Below are positions 42,713-52,516 of a DNA stretch of 64,000 bases, one piece after another. This DNA comes from an uncultured Gemmatimonadaceae bacterium (GTDB taxonomy: Bacteria; Gemmatimonadota; Gemmatimonadetes; Gemmatimonadales; Gemmatimonadaceae). The stretch covers positions 1,056,001 through 1,120,000 of the forward strand of contig CAVUDW010000003.1 in NCBI GenBank assembly GCA_963740355.1, given 5' to 3'. Position numbers and translations under genes: made by a program. Under the pieces are notes generated by a model, which saw nothing but the letters and a program-made list of their open reading frames with translations, made no database searches and was not told where the DNA came from. Positions within the stretch are counted from its first letter, which is position 1; each line of letters begins with the position of its first letter.

Positions 42713-43159
42713 ATGTTTCGCACACTCACCACCGCCCTGATGCTGCTCGCCTGCACGGCCAGGACCGCTGCGGCCCAAGCCGATGACCAGACGACCGAAG
42801 CGCTGCTGGGCGGCTTTCGCACGCCTTCCGGCAACATCTATTGTCAGGCCTTCTCGATCGGCAAAGCCCGTCGGACCGAGCTGCGGTGTGACGTCCTCAA
42901 GAACGACGCGCCGATGGTGCGGCGGCCGGCCGACTGCGAGCAGGACTACGGGAATGCGTTCAACCTGACGGATGGTGGCCGCGCGACCCGACTCTGTGTC
43001 GGCGACACGGTGGCAGATCCGGAGCTACCGGTGCTCGCATACGGCCAGACTTGGAGCGCCAAACAGATCCGGTGTGAATTGACGACACTCCGTCTGCGTT
43101 GCAGCAACCCTGCCGGGCGATACTTCGCGCTTTCGCGGCGCGCGCAGCGCCTGGGCTGA
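42713..43159 (+). CDS. secreted Cys-rich hypothetical protein (DUF6636-like)
   Basis: Signal peptide; F.TPSGNI.C...C.GDT...L.YG..W....C......L.C.N pattern. Confidence 0.7.
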   Translation: MFRTLTTALMLLACTARTAAAQADDQTTEALLGGFRTPSGNIYCQAFSIGKARRTELRCDVLKNDAPMVRRPADCEQDYGNAFNLTDGGRATRLCVGDTVADPELPVLAYGQTWSAKQIRCELTTLRLRCSNPAGRYFALSRRAQRLG

Positions 43160-43178
43160 CAAGGCCGACTCGACGCGC

Positions 43179-43796
43179 CTACGTCGTACTGTGGGTACCG
43201 GAGATCAGGCGCTCGACGGCCCAGCGCGCACTCAGCATCGCTTCCCGACCGCTGCCACAGGGCGCTTGCGATACGGCACCCTCGTACAGCGACACGACCG
43301 CCCGCGCCAACTGCGGCGGGGCGTCGGGGACTGCACCGGCAACCAGTGAGTCGATCAGCGCGGCAAACCAGGCGCGCTGATCCCGAAACACTGGGCTCGC
43401 AGGGTGCGATGCATCCGGAAGTTCGGCTGCTGCAATCTGAAAGTGACAGCCCCTGAATCCCGGCCCTTCCGCCGAAGCCGCCGCCATGTCGAAGAGGGCC
43501 AGCAGCCGAGCACGCGGATCCGGCCCGGCACGTTCGATCGTCTGGCTGACCAGTGTTCTGGTCTGCGTCGCCCGTGCGTCGAGGTAGGCCGCGACCAACT
43601 CGTCCTTCCCCGAGAAGTGCGCGTACAGCGACGCCTTCGCAGCCCCGGACTCGGCCAGAATGCGATCGATGCCGACAGCGCGAATGCCCTCGGCGTAGAA
43701 GAGGCGATCGGCGGTTTCGAGGAGGCGAGAACGGACGTCCGGAGCGTCCTTCAGCCCAGGCGGTCGTCCACGGCGCGGTTTGGTCATTTCTGCCAT
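43179..43796 (-). CDS. TetR/AcrR family transcriptional regulator
   Basis: LFYAEGIRAVGIDRILAESGAAKASLYAHFSGKDEL HTH; RGC motif. Confidence 0.92.
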   Translation of the reverse strand: MAEMTKPRRGRPPGLKDAPDVRSRLLETADRLFYAEGIRAVGIDRILAESGAAKASLYAHFSGKDELVAAYLDARATQTRTLVSQTIERAGPDPRARLLALFDMAAASAEGPGFRGCHFQIAAAELPDASHPASPVFRDQRAWFAALIDSLVAGAVPDAPPQLARAVVSLYEGAVSQAPCGSGREAMLSARWAVERLISGTHSTT

Positions 43797-43808
43797 GCTT
43801 GACAATAC

Positions 43809-43858
43809 AGACAGACCGGTCTATTGTCTAGCCCAGAAGCAGACAGACCTGTCTGTCT
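43809..43858. promoter_or_regulatory. two palindromic TetR-type operators
   Basis: AGACAGACCGGTCTATTG (43809-43826) and AGACAGAC-CT-GTCTGTCT (43841-43858) between divergent tetR and SDR. Confidence 0.7.
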
Positions 43859-43885
43859 AAAAAGCCATCCCCTGCAGCCCAACTC

Positions 43886-44629
43886 ATGTCACAGAAGATC
43901 GAAGGATCCGTCGCACTCGTCACCGGTGCAAATCGCGGAATCGGCCGAGCCATCGTGGATGCGCTCGTCGCCGCCGGCGCCGCAAAAGTTTACGCGGGCG
44001 CTCGCACACTCGCATCACTTGAGCCCCTGAAGCGCCAGCATGGAGACATCATCGTTCCCGTCGAGCTCGATGTGGTGAAGGCTGATCAGATTGCCGCGTC
44101 CGCAGCGCTTGCGACGGATGTGACCATCGTCGTGAACAACGCCGGTATTGCGCTCGAGTACGGCACGCAGTTCGTGGACATCAATCTCGATCTGGCACGC
44201 GAGCAGCTCGAAGTGAATGCCTTCGGCACCCTCAGTGTGACACAGGCCTTCGCGCCGCATCTGAAGCGGAATGGTGGTGGCTCGCTGGTCAACATTATCT
44301 CAGCCGTCGCCTTCGCGAACTTCCCCGGCGTCGTTTCCTACAGCGTGTCGAAGGCTGCAATGCACTCGATCACGCAGGCGTCGCGCTCCGCGTTGGCGGG
44401 GCAAGGCACGGTTGTGATTGGCGTGTACCCAGGGCCCGTCGACACCGACATGGCGAGTGAAGTCCAGATGGACAAGGTGCCGGCGAAGGGTGTCGCCGAG
44501 CGGATCCTGCGTGGAATCGAGCTGGGCGAGGAGGAAGTCTTTCCCGATCCAGTGTCCGCGCAGCTCGGCGGCGTCTATGCGTCCGATCCGAAGGGTGTGG
44601 AGCGCGCGGTGGCGGCAATGGTGGTGTAA
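43886..44629 (+). CDS. short-chain dehydrogenase/reductase
   Basis: TGANRGIG, NNAG, YSVSK, PGPVDTDM. Confidence 0.93.
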   Translation: MSQKIEGSVALVTGANRGIGRAIVDALVAAGAAKVYAGARTLASLEPLKRQHGDIIVPVELDVVKADQIAASAALATDVTIVVNNAGIALEYGTQFVDINLDLAREQLEVNAFGTLSVTQAFAPHLKRNGGGSLVNIISAVAFANFPGVVSYSVSKAAMHSITQASRSALAGQGTVVIGVYPGPVDTDMASEVQMDKVPAKGVAERILRGIELGEEEVFPDPVSAQLGGVYASDPKGVERAVAAMVV

Positions 44630-44635
44630 CGCCGC

Positions 44636-44847
44636 GATCAAGGGGTCAGAGATCTTGAACGGCGAATTTTCGGCCTAAGTCACTGGGGCTCAGAGGGTTG
44701 CGTGCCGATCAAGGGGTCAGAGATCTTGATCGGGAGAGCTTGATCGATCACGATCAAGATCTCTGACCCCTTGATCGGAGGCCAACTGCATGCGCTCCAA
44801 CACATTACCCCGCTAAAACGCCGATCAAGATCTCTGACCCCTTGAAA
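44636..44847. repeat. REP-like cluster 2 (two forward, two inverted 25-bp units)
   Basis: 44636-44660 and 44707-44731 forward; 44752-44776 and 44823-44847 inverted; between convergent genes. Confidence 0.88.
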
Positions 44848-44874
44848 ACGTGGCCCCCTCGCTCGGCCGCCGAG

Positions 44875-45504
44875 TCAGACCTGCGGCAACAGCATGTCGG
44901 CCGCGGCCACCGAATCGATCGGCTCCGACACCGGCTTCAGCATCCCCGTTGCGACGTCATACACGACGCCCTGCAACAGGACCTTCTGCCCCTTCTTCCA
45001 CGCGTCCAGCACGATCGGCGTGCGCGCAAGAATGCCCATCTGCTGCAGCACATTCAGCTCCGACAGGCGGCTGAGGCGCGCCGTCTCATCCACGATGCGA
45101 TCCAGCTCCTGGCGATGCCAGCGAATCACGGTCCGGATGTCGCTGAGCCAATGGTCGATCACACCGTGCGCGCCGTCGTTCATGGCGGCCTTCAGCGCGC
45201 CACAATTGGTGTGACCACAGATCATCACGTGCTCCACCTTCAAGACATCGATCGCGTACTGCAGCACCGAGATCAGGTTCATGTCCGTCTCCCACACCTG
45301 ATTCCCGATGTTCCGGTGCACGAACATCTCGCCCGGCAACACGCCCGTCAGCGTCTCCGCTGGAACACGACTGTCGGAACAGCCGATCCAGAGGAAGTGC
45401 GGCTCCTGAGAGGAGTCTCGCTCCGAGAAGAAGTCCGGGTCCTCCGTGACGATACGGGCGGCCCAGCTCCGGTTGTTCTCGAGTATTCGTGCGAAATTCA
45501 GCAT
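44875..45504 (-). CDS. can: beta-class carbonic anhydrase
   Basis: WIGCSDSRVP, FVHRNIGN, CGHTNCG. Confidence 0.93.
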   Translation of the reverse strand: MLNFARILENNRSWAARIVTEDPDFFSERDSSQEPHFLWIGCSDSRVPAETLTGVLPGEMFVHRNIGNQVWETDMNLISVLQYAIDVLKVEHVMICGHTNCGALKAAMNDGAHGVIDHWLSDIRTVIRWHRQELDRIVDETARLSRLSELNVLQQMGILARTPIVLDAWKKGQKVLLQGVVYDVATGMLKPVSEPIDSVAAADMLLPQV

Positions 45505-45706
45505 GACGGTGAGCGAAAAGAGTCGAGAGGTGGGCGCGCTGAAATCGGGCAGCCGGCGAACAGGGCGAGATTCCAGCGAATTCGCTCGATTCCCCTACAC
45601 AGAATCTTAAAAAGGCTCAAGGAATCCAGCACGTGAGCCGAATCTCACAATCAAGCGATTGCTGAGCACGCCGGCAGGTCAGGCACCACTGGGAGCACGA
45701 CCAGAA

Positions 45707-47974
45707 GTGAACGATACCGAGAGCACCCTGCCGCGACCATCGAATACCAGAAGCCTGAGCCGCAGTTATTCGCTCGGACTTGGACTGATCGCGGCCCTTG
45801 CCCTCGGAACTTCGGCGCTGATTCTCGCGGTCGCCAACCGGAGTGCGCCGACCGAGCTGCGCGAGCGAATCGTCGCTCGACAGCTGGCGGAAGCCGACCA
45901 GCTGATCGCGGCCGGACGTACCATCGCGGCCACGTCGCCGTCCGACCCACTGGCCACGGCCGAGTCGCGCGCGCAAGCGGGTGCGGCGCTGACGGCCCAT
46001 GGCGTCGCATTGGTGAAGGCAATCGACGACGCCAACGTCAGCATCGCGGCAGATCACGCCCAGACCGTCACGCAACTGAAGCGGATCGCCATCGGATTCT
46101 GCGTCACCCTCCTCGGCGTCCTGATCTTCGAGGTGATGGTCGTCTTCCGCCCGGCGACGAAGGCGATCGGCGCACTGTTGCTGGATCAGGAAGCCGTCAA
46201 GAACGAGCTGTACGCCAAGGCCGAAGAGATGTACCAGAGCAACGTGCAGCAGGAGATCCAGAACGATACGCTCCATGCGCAGCAGCAGACGTTGCTCGAA
46301 CAACAGGAAGAACTTCTCGCGCAGCAGTCGACGCTGATCGAGCAGCGTGACCATCTTGAGCAGCGCACCAACGAGTTGTCGCGATTGACGGCGATTCTCG
46401 ACGCGACACCCGACGCCGTCGCCGTCTTCTCGCTCACGGGCGAGGTGCTCTATACGAATGCCGCGGCCGAACGGCACCTCGAGGATGTGCGTCGCCGCGA
46501 TTGGACGCACGCAGCGCACCTGCTGACGACAGAGTCGGTGCGCCAACTCCGTGACGTCGCCTTCCCGCGCGCCATTCGTCGTGGCCTCTGGCAGGGCGAG
46601 GCGACACTCCGCACCCGCGGCGGGCCGCAGCGAACCGTGATCCAGACTCTCATTGCCCATCGCGGCCCGGATGGGCGCGTGTCCACCGTGTCGGTGATGC
46701 TGCAGGATGTGACGGAATCGCGCCTTGTGGCACGAGAACTCGAGACACTCTCGCTGGTTGCACGCCAGAGTGACCACGCGATCGTGACGACTGATGCCCG
46801 CGGTGCGATCACGTGGGTGAACCCCGCCTGGGAGCGACTCACTGGCTACACGCTGACCGAGGTCTTCAGCCGTCGCCCCGGCGAATTGCTGCAAGGCACA
46901 CACACGAACAGCGAGACGGTGACGCAGATGCGGCACGCGCTGCGCGCCGGCAATGGGTGGAGCGGTGAAATCCTGAACTATCGGCGTGACGGGGCACCGT
47001 ACTGGATCGAGACGAGCATCACACCATCCCTGAACGCCGAGGGTACGATTTCAGGATTCGTCGGCCTCTCGCGAGACATCACCGCGCGCCGCAATGCCGA
47101 TCGCGAGCGACAGCAACTGGCGGCCGCTGTCGCGGTGACGGCGGACGGTATCGCAATCACCGGCGTGAGCGGCGCGCTGGAGTTCGTGAATCACGCCTTC
47201 GCACGAATGCATGGCGTGAAGCCGGCCGACCTGCTGCAGACACCATGGGCCTCGCTGTATGGCGACGACGAATCACGTCGACTGGTACGCGACGCGATTC
47301 CGGAAGTGACGCAAGTCGGTTTCTGGCACGGCGAGGCGACCGGACGGGCGAAGGATGGTACGCAGTATCCGCAGGAACTGTCGTTGACGTTGTTGCCCCA
47401 CGGCGGCCTGGTTGCGGTCGCACGCGACATCTCCGAGCGGAAGGCGGCCGAGGAGCGATTGCTGCACCTCTCGGTGCGTGATGAGCTGACGTCGCTCTAC
47501 AATCGACGCGGGTTCCTCGAGCAAGCGGATTCGGTGTTGAAGCTGTCAGCCCGACAGGGGGTGCCGTGTGCCCTGCTCTACGGCGATCTCGATTCGTTCA
47601 AGTCAGTCAATGACGGCTATGGGCACGACGCCGGCGACGCCGCCTTGAAAACAGTCTCACGCATCCTGTCGTCGACGTTTCGTGAGACCGACCTCGTCGC
47701 CAGGCTTGGCGGGGATGAGTTCACGATCCTCGCCATTGACGTCCGCCCAGAGGATGTGTCGATCATCCTCGCGCGGATCGATGACGCCGCGGCCGAGAGC
47801 AATTGCGCACGCGCGAACGACCCATCGCAGGCGTGGCGGCTTGGTATCAGCATTGGCGCGGCATACTTCAATCCTGACGCACCGGTCGACGTCGAGACGT
47901 TGCTGCGTACCGCAGACGAGGCGCAATACCTGGAGAAGCGGCTGCGCAAATCGCGGGCGGCGCAGGCCGCGTAG
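45707..47974 (+). CDS. membrane-anchored multi-PAS diguanylate cyclase
   Basis: Two TM segments, Gln-rich coiled coil, three PAS domains, DELTSLYNRR, RETD I-site and RLGGDEF; start uncertain (45659 or 45707). Confidence 0.9.
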   Translation: MNDTESTLPRPSNTRSLSRSYSLGLGLIAALALGTSALILAVANRSAPTELRERIVARQLAEADQLIAAGRTIAATSPSDPLATAESRAQAGAALTAHGVALVKAIDDANVSIAADHAQTVTQLKRIAIGFCVTLLGVLIFEVMVVFRPATKAIGALLLDQEAVKNELYAKAEEMYQSNVQQEIQNDTLHAQQQTLLEQQEELLAQQSTLIEQRDHLEQRTNELSRLTAILDATPDAVAVFSLTGEVLYTNAAAERHLEDVRRRDWTHAAHLLTTESVRQLRDVAFPRAIRRGLWQGEATLRTRGGPQRTVIQTLIAHRGPDGRVSTVSVMLQDVTESRLVARELETLSLVARQSDHAIVTTDARGAITWVNPAWERLTGYTLTEVFSRRPGELLQGTHTNSETVTQMRHALRAGNGWSGEILNYRRDGAPYWIETSITPSLNAEGTISGFVGLSRDITARRNADRERQQLAAAVAVTADGIAITGVSGALEFVNHAFARMHGVKPADLLQTPWASLYGDDESRRLVRDAIPEVTQVGFWHGEATGRAKDGTQYPQELSLTLLPHGGLVAVARDISERKAAEERLLHLSVRDELTSLYNRRGFLEQADSVLKLSARQGVPCALLYGDLDSFKSVNDGYGHDAGDAALKTVSRILSSTFRETDLVARLGGDEFTILAIDVRPEDVSIILARIDDAAAESNCARANDPSQAWRLGISIGAAYFNPDAPVDVETLLRTADEAQYLEKRLRKSRAAQAA

Positions 47975-47991
47975 CACGATGCCTCGGCGCC

Positions 47992-50676
47992 TTACCCGGT
48001 CCTGATCGCGCGAGTGACCGCGGTGTACAACTCTTCGGCGCGGAAGGGTTTCTGCACAAACCCAGCAGGCTCCATGCCGACGAACTGCGCCGTCACCTCG
48101 CGTTCGCGATAGCCGCTGGTCAGCAGCACACGCACGCTGGCGTCGATTCGGCAAAGTTCCGCCATGGTTGCGGCGCCTCCCATTCGAGGCATGGTGAGGT
48201 CGAGCAGCACCAATGCAAATGTGGAAGGCGCGGCCCGGAACTTCGCAACACCATCCTCGCCATCGTTGGCGACGACGACGGTGAATCCGCGGCGCTCCAG
48301 CAGTCGCTTCGCCACGACGCGCACCGTGTCATCATCATCGATGACCAGCACGGAGCCAAGGCCGGCACCCGTGACCGGCATGGCGCTGGCTGCGGCAGCG
48401 GGCCGCGCCACATCCGCCACGGGTAACAGGATCCGGAACGTCGAACCTGTCCCTCGCGCACTCTGAATGCGGATGCCACCACGATGACCGCGGACGATAC
48501 CGAGTGTCGCGGCGAGGCCGAGCCCGCGACCGGTGAACTTTGTGGTGAAGAATGGCTCGAAGATTCGCGTCAGCGTCTCGTCAGTCATGCCTTCGCCGGT
48601 ATCCTGCACTTCGACGAACACATAATCGCCCGCGGGCAGCGCATCACCCGCATATCCCGGCTCCGCGCTGTCGACTCCAAGCAGCTGGCGTCCGGTGCTG
48701 AGGCGGATCGTTCCCCCGCTCTCGTCCAAGGCATCCGACGCATTGGTGATCAGGTTCATGATCACCTGTCGCACCTGCGTCGCATCCGCCTCGATCAGCG
48801 GGAGTGACGGATCGAGGTTGAACTCGAGTCTCGCCTGCCGCGAGAGGACGGTACGCAGCAACGCGCTCATCTCGGCGACGAGGTCCGAGAGATCGACCGG
48901 TTCGACCACGAATTGGCCGCGGCCCGAATAGGCCAGCATCTGTCGTGTCAGATCGGCTGCACGCTGTGCCGCGCGCTCGATGTCGACCACTGGACCGTAG
49001 GCCTGGGATGCAGCGTCGAGGTCGAGCAAGGCCAGGCTCGCATTTCCAAGCACACCAACCAGCAGGTTGTTGAAATCGTGTGCGATGCCACCCGCCAGCA
49101 CCTCGAGCGACTCGAGCTTCTGGGCGCGGAGCATCTTCTGTTCGAGCTGTCGGCGCGCCTCTTCGGCACGGCGGGCATCGCTGATGTCGTCGACCGTGCC
49201 GACACGACCGACGATGGCACCAGTTTCGTCGCGGATCGCGGCGCTGTGAGCCAGCACCCACCGCTCGAGGCCATCGCTCATGACCAGACGGAATTCACCG
49301 CGGAAGTCGTGACTGCCGACCGACTTGCCAAGCCACGAATTCGCGATCTCGTGATCCTCCGGGTGGACCCGTGACGAGAATCCGGTGGTGATGAGCGACG
49401 CCTCACGCAGTTCCCAGATTCGCTGCAAGCGAGGGTTGGCGTAGGTGCATTGGCCGGCGGCATCGGCAAGGAAGATCCCGATCGGCGCCGCTTCGCCAAG
49501 CGCGCGAAAGCGAGCCTCGCTCTCGCGTAGCGCGGTGAGGGCCACTTCGCGATCCGTGACGTCCTTGGCGACCATCACGGCGCCCGCCGGATTGCCATGC
49601 GTATCGCGGAGTGCGCCAAAGCTGATTTCGTACGCTTGCATCGTTTCCGGCGTCTTGCCGAAGACGGCGAACTGGTTGGCGGCCTTTCCTGCAACTGCGG
49701 CTTCCCACATGGCGATGGCGGCATCCCGCTGCGCCTTCGGCTGCACGGCAAGCGCATCGTAGAGTGAGTCGCCAACCTCGAGCGTGGTACCCCACAACGT
49801 GCTGAAATCCGCCCGCGCGTGCTCGTTCATCGCCACGACGCGCAGCGACTGGTCCACGCCAACGACGCGATCCGGGCTGTATCGAATCACGGCGTCGAGG
49901 CGCTCGGTCAACGCCGCCAGCGCCGAGCGATCGCGCACCGTGTCGGTGACGTCATTCATGATCGAGACCGCACCGATCAAGGTGCCCGCGCTATCTCGGA
50001 GGTTGCCGAAGCGCGCGTCGAACAGCCGGGGTTCGCCGCCATCGGCGCTGATCTCGCGACGGACGGTGAATTCCTCGCCGCCGAGGGTGGCGCGCTCCCA
50101 ACGTTGGACGGCTTCCGCCAGCGCATCCGGAAAGTCCGCCAAGGCATCGCGGAAGTTGTCACCGACCTGAATGGTGCGTCCGAACACCGCCGTGAAGACA
50201 CGGGCGTAGGCCTTGTTGAACGCGAGGAAATCGAGGTTCATGTTCATCGCGACGACCATGTCCGGCGTGCTGTCGAGAATCGCCGCCAATCGTTCGTTCG
50301 CAACAGCGACGTCCGCCTGGTGCCGAAATTTTGCCGAGACTTCGGTGGCGAAGATCACCACGCCGTCCGGCAGCGGCCGCACGACGATCGATGCCCATCG
50401 CTCGCTGGGCGGATGCGGAAGTTCGAACGCGACCTCATCCCCGGCCATCGCCCGAGAGATCTGCGCCTGCAGCGCTGACCCATTCATCTCTGGCGCGACA
50501 TCGACGGCGTGGCGACCGAGCAGCGTCGTCGCGTCGCCATCTCCGAGCACGGCCGCGGCGGCGGGGTTCAGGTACCGGATTCGCCACTCGCGATCGAGTA
50601 CGACGACCGGATCGGGGGCTCGATCAAGCACAGTCAGCGCCAACCGCGCATCCGCCTCGGCGGGAATAGTGTCCAT
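47992..50676 (-). CDS. hybrid multi-PAS sensor histidine kinase/receiver
   Basis: PAS repeats, IAHDFNNLL H-box, DTGEGM, FFTTKFTGRGLGLA, C-terminal REC (LLDLTMP, FVQKPF). Confidence 0.93.
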   Translation of the reverse strand: MDTIPAEADARLALTVLDRAPDPVVVLDREWRIRYLNPAAAAVLGDGDATTLLGRHAVDVAPEMNGSALQAQISRAMAGDEVAFELPHPPSERWASIVVRPLPDGVVIFATEVSAKFRHQADVAVANERLAAILDSTPDMVVAMNMNLDFLAFNKAYARVFTAVFGRTIQVGDNFRDALADFPDALAEAVQRWERATLGGEEFTVRREISADGGEPRLFDARFGNLRDSAGTLIGAVSIMNDVTDTVRDRSALAALTERLDAVIRYSPDRVVGVDQSLRVVAMNEHARADFSTLWGTTLEVGDSLYDALAVQPKAQRDAAIAMWEAAVAGKAANQFAVFGKTPETMQAYEISFGALRDTHGNPAGAVMVAKDVTDREVALTALRESEARFRALGEAAPIGIFLADAAGQCTYANPRLQRIWELREASLITTGFSSRVHPEDHEIANSWLGKSVGSHDFRGEFRLVMSDGLERWVLAHSAAIRDETGAIVGRVGTVDDISDARRAEEARRQLEQKMLRAQKLESLEVLAGGIAHDFNNLLVGVLGNASLALLDLDAASQAYGPVVDIERAAQRAADLTRQMLAYSGRGQFVVEPVDLSDLVAEMSALLRTVLSRQARLEFNLDPSLPLIEADATQVRQVIMNLITNASDALDESGGTIRLSTGRQLLGVDSAEPGYAGDALPAGDYVFVEVQDTGEGMTDETLTRIFEPFFTTKFTGRGLGLAATLGIVRGHRGGIRIQSARGTGSTFRILLPVADVARPAAAASAMPVTGAGLGSVLVIDDDDTVRVVAKRLLERRGFTVVVANDGEDGVAKFRAAPSTFALVLLDLTMPRMGGAATMAELCRIDASVRVLLTSGYREREVTAQFVGMEPAGFVQKPFRAEELYTAVTRAIRTG

Positions 50677-50888
50677 TACGCCCGAGGTGGAAGACTGAGT
50701 GCCATCCTACACAACGTCGAAGGAACCTGCCCACCTGTAAAGCGTGCTCTGGTGCAGCGCAGTTCCGGATCGTGACCAGCCAGTCGGTCGGAAAGCGATC
50801 CGAACGCCCGAAAAGGCACACGGCCGAGGCCGGGTTCGGTATCTTTCCCAGCGACCGATTCCCGGTCCGACACCCGATTTCCGATTCG

Positions 50889-52499
50889 ATGACCAGTTCC
50901 ACGACCTCCGCCGCCATCGCCAGTACCATCGAGCGCCGACGGACGTTTGCCATTATCAGCCATCCCGACGCCGGCAAGACCACGCTCACCGAGAAGCTGC
51001 TGCTCTACGGCGGCGCGATCCATCTCGCCGGCTCGGTGAAGGCGCGCCGCGCACAGCGCCATGCGACGTCCGACTGGATGGCGCTGGAACAGGAGCGCGG
51101 CATCTCGGTCACGTCCAGCGTGATGCAGTTCAACTGGGAAGGCTATCACATCAACCTGCTCGATACGCCTGGCCACGAGGACTTTTCGGAGGACACGTAT
51201 CGCACGCTGGTTGCGGCCGACAGCGCCATGATGCTGCTCGACAACCGCAAGGGCGTCGAGGATCGCACGCGGCAGCTGTTCTTGGTGTGCAAGCGTCGGC
51301 GCATGCCGATCTTTGCGCTTGTCAACAAGTGTGACCGCGTCGGTGAAGATCCGCTGAAGCTGATCAGTGATGTGGAGACGGACCTCGGCATCAACTGTCA
51401 TCCAGTGACGTGGCCGATCCATCGCGACGGCTCCTTCGTCGGCGTCTACGATCGTCGGAAGGAACAGATCTACCTCTTCGATCGCGGCGACGATCACGGT
51501 GCGAAGCGTGCGACGGGTCACGAAGGGCGCCTCGACAGTCCGGAGATCATCGAACTGCTTGGCCCAGAGGCGCATCAGCAGCTGCTGCACGATCTCGAGC
51601 TGCTGGAAGCGGCTGGGCATCCCTTCGATCACGAGGAGATTCTCGACGGCAGCCTGGTGCCGGTGTTCTTCGGCAGCGCGCTGACGAACTTCGGCGTCGA
51701 ACCGTTCTTCCGGGAATTCCTCGAGCTGGCCCCTGCCCCGACGTCGCGCGAGTCGACGCTCGGAGCGGTGGAGCCCACACAAGAGGAGTTCACCGGTTTC
51801 GTGTTCAAGATCCAGGCGAACATGGACCCGAAGCACCGCGACCGCATTGCGTTCGTGCGCGTCTGTTCGGGCAAGTTCGAGGCGGGCATGCCGTCGATGC
51901 ACGTGCGCACCGGCAAGACGGTGCGCCTCAATGCGCCACAGCAGTTCATGGCGCGCGAACGCACGATCATCGAGGAAGCGTGGCCGGGCGACGTGATCGG
52001 CATCATGGATCGCGGCAACCTGCGCATCGGGGATTCACTCACCGAGGGTGCGAAGCTCGAGTTCAGCGACATCCCGCGCTTCCCACCTGAGCACTTCGCC
52101 CGTGTGGTGCTGAAGGACCCGATCAAGCGAAAGCAACTCGATGCGGGCCTGCGTCAGCTGACGGAAGAAGGCGCCGCGCAGGTGTTCTACACGTCGCAGT
52201 CCGATGTCTCGCAGCCGACGCCGGTGGTTGGCGCAGTCGGTGTGCTGCAGTTCGACGTGATGCTGCATCGCCTGGAGCACGAATACGGGGTGCGTTGCAA
52301 GCTGGAGCCGATCAGCGCGCGGTATCCACGCTGGGTGACGGGCAAGGAAGCCGACATCGATCGACTCGCGGCCGAACCTGGCCGCCTGCGCATCTTCGAT
52401 TCTCTGGGCAACCCGGTGATCCTGTTCGAGAGCGAATGGGCACAGCGCTGGACGGTGGACCGTGTCTCAGCGCTGCAGTTCCACGAAGTGGCTCCCTGA
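50889..52499 (+). CDS. prfC: peptide chain release factor 3
   Basis: RRTFAIISHPDAGKTTLTEK, DTPGHEDFSEDTYR, FKIQANMDPKHRDR. Confidence 0.97.
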   Translation: MTSSTTSAAIASTIERRRTFAIISHPDAGKTTLTEKLLLYGGAIHLAGSVKARRAQRHATSDWMALEQERGISVTSSVMQFNWEGYHINLLDTPGHEDFSEDTYRTLVAADSAMMLLDNRKGVEDRTRQLFLVCKRRRMPIFALVNKCDRVGEDPLKLISDVETDLGINCHPVTWPIHRDGSFVGVYDRRKEQIYLFDRGDDHGAKRATGHEGRLDSPEIIELLGPEAHQQLLHDLELLEAAGHPFDHEEILDGSLVPVFFGSALTNFGVEPFFREFLELAPAPTSRESTLGAVEPTQEEFTGFVFKIQANMDPKHRDRIAFVRVCSGKFEAGMPSMHVRTGKTVRLNAPQQFMARERTIIEEAWPGDVIGIMDRGNLRIGDSLTEGAKLEFSDIPRFPPEHFARVVLKDPIKRKQLDAGLRQLTEEGAAQVFYTSQSDVSQPTPVVGAVGVLQFDVMLHRLEHEYGVRCKLEPISARYPRWVTGKEADIDRLAAEPGRLRIFDSLGNPVILFESEWAQRWTVDRVSALQFHEVAP

Positions 52500-52516
52500 C
52501 GGCGTTCTCGCGCTGA

